Positions 54,223-64,000 of a stretch of 64,000 nt of DNA are shown one piece after another. The stretch's first letter is position 1, and every line of letters starts with the position of its first letter. Source of the DNA: Ginglymostoma cirratum (taxonomy: Eukaryota); assembly GCA_024137785.1 (NCBI GenBank), contig JAHRHZ010000041.1, forward strand, positions 22,833,518 to 22,897,517, in the 5' to 3' direction. The translations under genes were made by a program, and so were the position numbers. A model generated the notes under the pieces. It was not told where the DNA came from, did not search any database, and saw only the letters and a program-made list of their open reading frames with translations.

Positions 54223-55799
54223 GATTTAACATTACGCAAAATTTTAATTAATGTAATATGCCATTTGATTTAACAAACCCTGTCCTTATTATTAGGCAGT
54301 ATTGAAAGCAACAGCCATTGGAAGATTCTGTACCTTGAATATTACAGTCTCAACAGTCTGCCTGCCCACACGATGCAAATGGATACAATAAAATTGATTT
54401 ATTGCAATATAAAAAAGATTTCAGTATCAGTAGCCATGTGTTTTAGTACCTAACATGGTCAATGTTTCTGGAATATTAAAATAACGTTAGGGGTAATATT
54501 GACTTTGGGCATTAGTTTTACATGGATGGTATCAATTCCAGTACCAATACCCTTCTCTCCTCAATTTTAGGCCAATTGAAGTCATAGGAAACAAAAAGTG
54601 TGAGGGATTTATAACAGATGGTTATATACCCATTTATCTAAAGTCAAAATTACAATCATTCAATCTAGTTCAAAATTTCACAGGGACAGAAGAGAAAATA
54701 TTTGGTAATTTCTCCTTAAAGCTACCTGGTAAACAATGGCAGGAGCCCTGCTCTTTGGAGGACATGAGTCTTAAGTTTACTGAATGCAGTGACAAACGTG
54801 TTTTCATCTTTATTGTGCTATAAAAATGTAATTAATAAAATCGAATAGAAGTAACCAATAGGTCAAGGTGGGTAAAGCACCATCATTGGTCTGGACACAT
54901 AACTAGCTTCACTGGCAGAGGCATAATAATTCATTCCCTTCAAATTGAATGGTAACATCTATTAGTGGTGAATCAACATTAAGCTTTTATCATCAGAATA
55001 TTTCCACTCTACCCCCACATGTGGTCCTCCCTCTGCTAATAAGAAAACAAGAATTTCACTGGGGAAAAAAGAATTAGGGAGGCCCTGAAAATGGGAAATA
55101 ATCAGAATGGTTACTAAATGCTGCTATGAAATTTAGAAAATCATCATCTCAGGAATGTAGTCGATTGAAACAAGGAGAGGGTTCTCAATTTCAAACTGAA
55201 TCGAATGTGACACATTAATGGAGAAGAGCCAGGGGTCAATGAGACTCTTACAGTGGCTTAAACAAGTCAAAGCAAAAAATGAATGTTCCTGCTAATGGAA
55301 CAAAGCTTTTAGAGAATGCACATGTGAGGGAATTTGATGCATGATTTTGCTTTAGCCACAGCACCATCTTTTTCTTTAAACTGCTTGTTAAAAGTAATTC
55401 CAAAACGGAGACAACTACAGGAAATGAGCCGAGTGCAGTAATTTAGCCAGATCTATCACTGTATGAATCTTAAAACATGATCAAAAACATACAACGCAAT
55501 TATTTTTTTGGGGTCATATCCAATTGTACAGATGCTGAACAGTTTGACAAGACCATGGAGGTAAAAATGAATGATTATGGTTCTTCCAAGTGAAAATGCC
55601 ACTGGAAAGCAGCAATCACATCTCCTCCAAATCCTATGAGGAAAAGGAAATAACTACAGAAATAACGCTCCAAAAGAAGTGGATGTGGAATGTCTCACAG
55701 TTTTGCTTCATGTCTCTTTATGTATCTTCACACAATTCATGGATCAACCTATAACTTGTAGCTATATCTCACTGCTTAAAGCATATTATCAATAAAGGT

Positions 55800-56068
55800 T
55801 GCACAGAGTTGAGGAAAAACTTCTTCACCCAGAGAGTGGTGGATATATGGAATGCTCTGCCCCAGAAGGCAGTGGAGGCCAAGTCTCTGGATACTTTCAA
55901 GAAAGAGATGGATAGAGCTCTTATAGATAATGGAATCAAGGGTTATGGGGATAAGGCAGGAACAGGATACTGATTGTGGATGATCAGCCATGATCATAAT
56001 GAATGATGGTGCTGGCTCGAAGGGCCGAATCGCCTACTCCTGCACCTATTGTCTATTGTCTATTGTCT
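55800..56068 (+). mobile_element. Young CR1 LINE 3' end with (CTATTGT)n tail
   Basis: AAAAACTTCTTCACCCAGAGAGTGGTG..GGCTCGAAGGGCCGAAT..CCTACTCCTGCACCTATTGTCTATTGTCTATTGT. Confidence 0.85.
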
Positions 56069-56215
56069 AGACCATGGTGGAGTTATAGCTCTAATGCATA
56101 TTACTGCGGGGTGCAATTCAATAATACTTGATAAGAAATTGATGCACAGAAACGTTTTTAGAATTATTGATGAAGACTGAAAAAATTCTGGTATTGAGAT
56201 ATGAGCCATGGTATC

Positions 56216-56524
56216 CATAGAATCCCTACAGTGTGGAAACAGGCCCTTTGGCCCAACAAGTCCACACTGACCCTCAGCGCATCCCACCCAAACCCATCCC
56301 CCAAATCCACACATCCCTGAACACTATGGGCAATTTAGCATGGGCAATCCACCTACCCTGCACATCTTTGGACTGTGGAGGAAACCAGAGCACCCAGAGG
56401 AAACCCATGCTGACACAGGAAGAGTGTGCAAACTCCACATAGACAGTTGCCCGAGGGGAAATCGAACCCAGGCACCTGACGCTGTCAGGCAGCGGTGCTA
56501 ACCACTGAGTCACTGTGCCACCCC
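56216..56524 (-). mobile_element. HE1 SINE, full length
   Basis: CATAGAATCCCTACAGTGTGGAAAC..GTGCTAACCACTGAG.CACTGTGCCACCC. Confidence 0.9.
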
Positions 56525-56821
56525 TGGTACTTTATCAGGAACAAACTGGATTGAATTGGGAATGGGGATCTGTACTTGAGGTTGAATGGTTAAATAAAAC
56601 CTAATTGCACTGTATTAGTGGCAACAAAAGCACATAATTATTTCAAACAGCCATACCACTACAAAACCTGAAATAAAAAATCAGGAGAAGGACATAACCG
56701 AGATACCAAATTAACTATTCAAACTGCACAGATATTGAATTATGGAACTTTTAAGTACAGAAGGAGGCCACATTGGCTCATCATGCCTTGCTTTGACAAT
56801 GTCAGCTCCACATTCTCCTAG

Positions 56822-57434
56822 ATAACAAGGTGTGGGGCTGGATGAACACAGCAAGCCAAGCAGCATCATAGGAGCAGGAAAGCTTGATGTTTCGGGCCTA
56901 GACCTAGGCCCGAAACGTCNNNNNNNNNNNNNNNNNNNNNNNNNNNNNNNNNNNNNNNNNNNNNNNNNNNNNNNNNNNNNNNNNNNNNNNNNNNNNNNNN
57001 NNNNNNNNNNNNNNNNNNNNNNNNNNNNNNNNNNNNNNNNNNNNNNNNNNNNNNNNNNNNNNNNNNNNNNNNNNNNNNNNNNNNNNNNNNNNNNNNNNNN
57101 NNNNNNNNNNNNNNNNNNNNNNNNNNNNNNNNNNNNNNNNNNNNNNNNNNNNNNNNNNNNNNNNNNNNNNNNNNNNNNNNNNNNNNNNNNNNNNNNNNNN
57201 NNNNNNNNNNNNNNNNNNNNNNNNNNNNNNNNNNNNNNNNNNNNNNNNNNNNNNNNNNNNNNNNNNNNNNNNNNNNNNNNNNNNNNNNNNNNNNNNNNNN
57301 NNNNNNNNNNNNNNNNNNNCTAGGCCCGAAACATCAAGCTTTCCTGCTCCTATGATGCTGCTTGGCCTGCTGTGCTCATCCAGCCCCACACCTTGTTATC
57401 TCGGATTCTCCAGCATCTGCAGTACCTTTTATCT
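56822..57434. mobile_element. Penelope-like fold-back insert spanning the assembly gap, 16-bp TSD
   Basis: Inverted arms on both sides of the gap; TSD CTCCACATTCTCCTAG at 56806-56821 and 57435-57450. Confidence 0.8.
56920..57319. other. Assembly gap (400 N)
   Basis: Run of N. Confidence 1.
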
Positions 57435-58277
57435 CTCCACATTCTCCTAGTCCCATTTTCCTGCTCCTTCTCCTTGGTATGTTATATTGTACTTCTAGTG
57501 TTCTAACGCACTCATAGTATTGCAATGTTACAACCTGGTGAGGAAGAGTAACTCAGCTCCCTTCTTGCTTGGTCACAACAAATATTTTTGTTTCATTTTA
57601 GCTTGCAGTCAATATGCATCAATTAAACCACCATACTGGTCAAAATTAAGGAGTCAATTACAAGATTTTCTTGAGTGAAAGGAAGAGGGATTATATTACA
57701 CCAAGAGAAAGCAAAAAAAAATCAAACTTGCACACAAACACAGGTATTAACTTTAAAAAGGATAGTATATCTATAACGGCTAGGATGAATAATGGCTAAA
57801 CAGTTTAAAAGTCTTTAGAACCCTTGAGACTTTACAATTTTTCACCTGAAGCCACAATTGTTTAATTGTAAACTTATGTCATTAGTAGCAGCAATGTTTG
57901 TACATACCTTTGAGCACTTAATGAATAGCTGTTTGCCTAATTTGCTTTTTCACAGGGCATTGACTTCTGAAATAATGAATGAAAAAGGGAACGAGACAGC
58001 TAGTTCTTGTTGTTACAAATTTATTCTTCCCTCTCTCTGCTCTGTTGCTCAAAAACAGCTACGGAAATGTGGTTTGTTTATATATTCCCAAGTTGGTTCC
58101 ATTGTATTTCCAATAATGCTAACTGGCAGACGAGCCTTTCATCTCCCAAAATGTGATATTATCGTACAAGTATAGATTAAAACAGAAGATGCAAATTTCT
58201 TGATGCTGACTTGGTTGCCTCATTCTGATGTCTTTAGATCAAATAATACTTTCAGGTTGGGCAGTTTTGTTTGTTCC

Positions 58278-58690
58278 AGAGATAAAAGGTACTGCAGATG
58301 CTGGAGAATCCAAGATAACAAGCATGGGGCTGGATGAACACAGCAGGTCAAGCAGCATCATAGGAGCAGGAAAACTTGACGTTTCGGGCCTAAACCCTTC
58401 ATCAGAAATGGGGGAGGGGAAGAGGGTTCTGAAATAAATAGGGAGAGAGGGGGAGGCGGATAGAGGATGGATAGAGGAGAGGATAGGTGGAGAGGAGGCA
58501 GACAAGTCGAAGAGGAAGAGGTGATGAGAGAGTTGCAGTGGGAGAGAGATTCCCTGAGGTTTGTCCGGAGGGAGGAGGGTAACTTCTTCAGGGTAGGCAT
58601 CCTTAGAAGAGGCTTCGCAGTGGGGTTAAAATTGTATCAGAGATAAAAGGTACTGCAGATGCTGGAGAATCCAAGATAACAAGCATGGGT
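58278..58690 (-). mobile_element. Young Penelope-like element fragment: tandem terminal repeats enclosing a probable ORF N-terminus
   Basis: Direct repeat AGAGATAAAAGGTACTGCAGATGCTGGAGAATCCAAGATAACAAGCATGGG at ~58278 and ~58639 around MPTLKKLPSSLRTNLRESLSHCNS; partial-tandem architecture typical of Penelope-like elements. Confidence 0.7.
58375..58408 (-). ncRNA. Minimal type I hammerhead ribozyme motif in a Penelope terminal repeat
   Basis: Minus strand UUU-CUGAUGA-A-GGGU(UUAG)GCCC-GAAA-CGUC-AAG: intact core, stem II, palindromic ACGU helix III; helix I is weak. Confidence 0.55.
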
Positions 58691-61600
58691 TTCCTGGATT
58701 TGCCTCAATCCGTGGTCAACATTTTATCCCATTATGAAAGCATTTTTTGTCCATGAACCATCTAAAGTATTAAAGTCAGATGATGAAAATTAAAATTTGA
58801 TAGTCCTTACTTGCCATGATCATAACAATGATCAATCAAAACAGTCAATTAATTAATTATTATTCAAAACCATCCTCTGACAACTCCTGCTAACATGTTC
58901 AATAATCTAAAAAACATTGCATAGAAAATTTCCTATAATCACTCATTTAGTCTTTCTAATAATAATCACAATTCTCTTTTGTCCTCAGATATCTAAAAAC
59001 TTATAGAGGATAGAAATCCAATGCAAGTCTCAAGCAATACTGTGGACTCTTTAACAGTTGTGTGAGGAAGAGCGTGTCTTACAATATGATTGAGGTTGTC
59101 TTACAATAAAATTGAGAGTTGATTCAGAAAATTATTACAACATGCTACATAATTTATTGTGCAGTGCATCATTCTATTCTATACATTTATGTGGTGTTTT
59201 GAATATAATCTTCATTCCTCTTTCTTCGTTTTTTTTGACATTATTGAGTCTCATTGTAGCACATATTGATACTATTGTTATAAGGCTCTTTAGGGACCAG
59301 TGCTATGCCAAAAGTTTTCCCTGTTGCAGCCAAATAATGCAAATGGTTTGGCTCATTGTCTTCCAGATTAATTTAAGCAAGATGACCTGTATACCCATTG
59401 CTGATTCAAAACTGCTATTTGATTTATGTTTGGTCTGGCTGCCTTTCTATTCGCTGCTGATTGAAAGCTACTGCCTCTCTGCTGCATCTCATCAGCCACT
59501 TGCAATCAGTAACATACACAATGGTCCAGATTTTCCAACGGCCAGACAGTCATTGTTCCAGCACTGATGGGAGTTGCACATAAGCAGCCTGTTGAACCCT
59601 CCTTCTAAGCAGATTCCAAAGGAATTATTCAGATCCATGCTATATGACTCTCTGACTCTATAAATTCCCCTACATCTGGAATCCTTCAAAAATATTCATT
59701 TAAATCAGGAATTTAGAGGATTCTGAAGAAATTTTGTAAATAGTTACTTAGGAAAAGTTAGACAATTAAATACATAGTGTAACTCCTGAATAACTAATGA
59801 ACTGACTGCATCTCACAAACACCCAACCACGCAACTCCTTTACTGCTGTCAGACCCTGACCCGACCAACCAGCATGCTGTCCCTTTCCCCTGTTCTGGGG
59901 CTGACATTGCTTCACTGCCTGGAATCTGATCCTGAGTCCTCTGCACCAGATCTCACCCCATGTCATTCCCTGAGAAACAGTCTTCCTTTTCTCCCTCTCG
60001 CTCCCTTTGCACGTTCCCTGCTCTCCACTTTCCCATGCCTTCATTCTGGACCTGACGTCCCTTCACTGCACAGGAAATAACACCTTTCCCCACCTGCTCT
60101 GATGTCACTTCCTCCTTTTCCCACACCCCAGCTCCCCCACTCTCCATTTAGCCCACTCCGGATGAGATCCTCCTCCAGCACCTCAGGATCCGGAATCCTC
60201 TTCCCTCACTCCAGACCCAATGTGCTTTCACCCCACAGGGACCAGGTTCCCATCTTCTCCCACTGCTGCACCCAACCACCACTTGACCTGACATGCCTTC
60301 TCCTGCCCCAGACAGGATACGATTTCTTCTCTCCATTCTATTGTATTCTAAGCACTACATCACCTACCTGGTGGCTTTACACCTCAGCTCCTCACCCACC
60401 TGGTACCCTACTCCCTGGTAACCTGCACCCCTACCCACTTGGCACCTTACGCACTTGGTATGCTGCCATCCCAATCTTTATACTCAGCTGCATCCTACAC
60501 ACCCACCTCCAAACTCCTAACCTCACACTTACCTTATGTTCTTACTATTTGACAGCAGCTCTTAAATTGGCTGTCTGTGATTCCGCATCTTTTGGTTTCA
60601 GAATATGTCAGCTGGCTGCTGTGAAAAGGGGGCAAGCAACAGTCCTGCACAATGAAAGAACCATCATTTCTGAAGGAGGCCTGATCAAAAACTCCTGTTA
60701 GAAATGCAGAGCTCTTTCCTTCTGTAAAAAAGAATAACTAGAGTGAAGAAGAATTGGAGTGGCATTCTGTGTGAGATGCCAATCCTCAGAAAATTGAGCC
60801 CATTGGTGTATTGCCCAAGGTCAATCAAGCTACACGCTCATGGCTTCAATTCTGCAACACTTCTTCCCACTTCAGTTCAACATTACAGCATCTAAACAAG
60901 TACACTTTGGCTGTTTCATGTTTCTGTGCAGGTGTGTGTGTGTCGTTTCTCTGTGTCTGTGTGTGTGTTTGTTTGTTTAGGCCTTTCCATCCTCTTAACA
61001 ACCAAAATGTCCTTACATCGATTCTTCACTGAAATCTGCAATAACTAGGTTAACAAAACCCTAAACAACACTGCGATTTTAAAAAATAGGCCCTGTTGCA
61101 GAACTAGGAAAAATTGAGAAATGAGCTCTTTATGCAATTGTCTTCTACTCGAAAGCAACTATTCTGTTTTCAGTAGCTGCCATACAACATTACTTTCCTG
61201 GTTTTCCATGAATTTTACATGACTTATTAAGGTCAATGGTGATTTTTAAATCCAATTAATATTATTATGTAGGATATGTAAGACTGAATATTTGAACACC
61301 ATCTCTAAGACATATTGTTCGGCTCTTACTTTGTCTTTTTTCGTTCCTAGAACCCTCTCTCTCTCTCTCTTCAGGTAGCACGCTGAAAGTGGGCATTGGT
61401 GATCATGGAACACCATGTACTGGACTGTGGTGAAGCTTGGAAAGGTACAGCAATGGTTTGCTCTTCACTTGCCGAGTCTGGCTGACCAGGGTGATCCCTC
61501 GGTTCTTAGCACCTACCATAAGCATATTGGCAAGATTTGCAGGTTGATACTTAATGTGTTTGCCATGTTATGAATACAACTTCCTCAACCATCAAGTTCT

Positions 61601-61879
61601 GGAATAGGACTCAAGTCTGGAGCTTCTGGCTCAGAAGCAGGGCACTACCATTGGGACACAAGAAATCTTTTCCTTAACCTTAGACAAGGCTAAACAAATA
61701 AAATGTATCTTGCCACCCAAGAGCTTTGTGTAATGAAGGCTCTGGTTTACATATTATTCATTCAGTTTTAAACATTTCAAATCTTTATCCTCTCCATCAC
61801 AAAAATAGTCAATCCCAGAAATTGCTTAACTCCTCCGCTGTTTCAGCCCATCTGCTGATAAAGCCGTCATTCATTCTTC

Positions 61880-62390
61880 TGTCACCTCCAGTCTCACACG
61901 CTGCTGTTCTCTTCCATCTGGCAGCTCAATGTAATCTGTAAACTTCAGCTCATCCAAAGTTGCTGCCTGTATCTTAATTTGTATCAGGTTTTGCAAGCCC
62001 TTCACCCCTACCGTTGCTGACACACTTCTTCTCGCCGAACCCCACAGGTTATAAGATTCTCAAACTCATGTTTAAGTCATTTCGCTGCCCATTCCTTCCT
62101 TTCACAACTTCCTCAGAACTTTAATTCTTCTGACACTGACCATTTTTGCCTTGCTCTCTCCATTGGTTCAATCTGAGCCTACCAGTCATTCAGCCATTCA
62201 CTCTCTTCCCTAACTCGCCCCCATCTACTTCTCTTTTTCTCGTTCACTTTTAAGATCCCTCTCTTGGACCAGGCTTTGATCACCCACTTAATGTCTTCTA
62301 CCTTGGTTCAGCTTCAATTACCAGTTTACCCTAATGGGACGCATTGCTTCTTTATTCTAAGTTAGAGGCAGCACACAAACATGATTTGTT
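61880..62390 (+). mobile_element. Ancient L2-type LINE 3' fragment
   Basis: AAACTTCAGCTCATCCAAA..GCTGCC.GTATC, TAAGATTCTC and CTCTTGGACCAGGCTTT motifs resemble L2 ORF2 ends. Confidence 0.45.
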
Positions 62391-62439
62391 TTGGTTGTTG
62401 ATTCTGCCTGTCATAGACAATGTAAACATGGATATGGTC

Positions 62440-63020
62440 AAATAGTATGTCAGAATAAAGCAATTGAGTACAAAAGCAGGGAAGTTGTGCTGAATGCTTA
62501 TAAAGTACTGGCTGGCACAACTGGAGCTGTACGTCCAGTTCTGTTCCCCTTACTTAAGGAAAGGAGTAATAAGGTTCTTGAGAAGGTGCTGAGAGACTTA
62601 TCAGAACAATTCCAGGGTTAAGTGATTTTAGCTACAGTGTTAGATTAGAAAAAATGGTGATTTTTTCCCCTCAGATCATATCGTTAGGGATGAGCAGTAA
62701 ATGCTACCCTAACCACTGATGTCCCCTTCGCAGGAACATAACTGTAAGAACAGGTAATTGCTGGGAGATCATATTGGAGTATGTACAAGATGATGATAAT
62801 TTTGAATTAGGTGGACAAAGAAAAGTTGTTTCATTAGCTGATGACAAAAGGATGAAAAGACACAGAATTAAGGTGTTGTGCAACAGTTGCGGGGAGACAT
62901 GAACACGTGACATGGAACCTCATGCCGAATTGCTCGAACTGAATTGCTCGACAGAATCAATATGGACTCAATGGACCAAATGGCTTCCTTCTATGTTGGG
63001 AGGACTCTTTGACTCTGTGT
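62440..63020 (+). mobile_element. Decayed CR1 LINE 3' fragment
   Basis: IEYKSREVVLNAYK..LEKVLR remnant; terminal AATGGCTTCCTTCTATG..GACTCT. Confidence 0.7.
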
Positions 63021-64000
63021 AACTAACTTCCCAATTATATCACGTTCTAGCTAGGGAGGAAATTCAACACCTAAGCATTAAAAATTCCAGAACAAGTTTT
63101 TATTTCTAAATTCATCAACAAATGTTAATAAAAGTATGCAGACTCAAGACTAGCTGGCAAGAAACTGACTGCATTTAAAGAAGTAGAAATAAATAGTTTG
63201 TCTTACTGTCACAGCTGAACTATTTAATCAACAAAGAAAGTACTATTAAATTCTGGTACACTGTAATAACAAAATAATAAATACCATCATGCCATTCCCT
63301 GTGGTTTAATAAGCATATTGTTTATCTGATGATTTACGATGGACCACACATGGTAGAGTGGTATAAATGTTCACTAAATGATAAATGAAACAGCCATCCT
63401 CTAGATTTTGGGTTTAAAGTTGTTATTTTTACCGTTCATGTTTTATTAATGTTGGCAAATTCCAGAGATCTATACGCATTATGGCTAGCCAAAGAATAAC
63501 TTTAGAACACAGGATCAGACAGTCCACAGATTTAGATTAAATCTTAACAATACCGTATTCAGCAGTAATAATGTGACAACATGGATATAGTTTACTGCAT
63601 TAGACGTGAAGAACTTTATTATAGTATACATTTCAGCTTTGTAAGTATGTTATGGCACACTGTGAGAACGATATTGTCACTATGACAATTTTGATGAATT
63701 TCAGTTTAACGTTGCAATCTGTTATAATATTGACAAAGTTGCAATAAATTCAAGGCAATGTAAAAATTAAAATATTTCAGTCATAGCATTTGAAATTCAA
63801 TCCAATAGATTTAGAGCTCTTTCCAACAATATCAACAGTAACAATTTATAAGGGCGTCAAGCTGAACACTCTTTAAACCTGGCTGAAAATAATTGAAAAG
63901 AATATGAAAAGTACATGACCGTCCATAAAATGCAAGTTTAGCAAATGAGTTTAATTTCATTAATTGTGTTCATGACTAAATTCACTGTCTGACCATGTCT

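Larger units (their letters stand above)
57526..58895. mobile_element. Probable solo-LTR-like element (TGTTA...TAACA) containing a Penelope insert
   Basis: Terminal inverted pentamers; homology blocks shared with 35176-36125. Confidence 0.4.

Noticed and set aside
56832-57389. ORFs of ~160 aa on both strands
   Set aside because: Artefacts of the N run
59766-60701. 199-aa and neighbouring ORFs in a C/T-rich block; also considered as CLMP exon 1
   Set aside because: Low-complexity composition, no signal-peptide exon with a suitable phase-1 donor identified, no CpG island

Overview
Eukaryotic vertebrate genomic DNA, almost certainly a shark (HE1/V-SINEs, HER1-like CR1 LINEs, Deu-domain SINEs and shark Penelope-like terminal repeats), so most ORF-track entries are spurious or repeat-derived. 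Three spliced genes were reconstructed by hand with GT-AG boundaries and consistent phases. REXO2 (+, 7 exons, 1446-7871, 274 aa) has a second in-frame start in a perfect Kozak context. AAMDC (+, 3 coding exons, 15897-19709, 122 aa) is complete. CLMP or a CLMP-like gene (-, exons 2-7, 53919-33441) lacks an identifiable signal-peptide exon 1 in this window. The rest is introns, UTRs and repeats, including a decayed PIF/Harbinger transposase, two probable solo-LTR-like elements, a degenerate ~23-bp minisatellite and a 400-N gap. I found no convincing new multi-gene system. The most notable observations are minimal hammerhead-ribozyme motifs in fold-back Penelope inserts with target-site duplications, three short spaced local duplications (one copying CLMP's last coding exon, one bracketing an AAMDC exon), the REXO2 dual-start layout, and a REXO2-AAMDC-CLMP gene order not seen in human.
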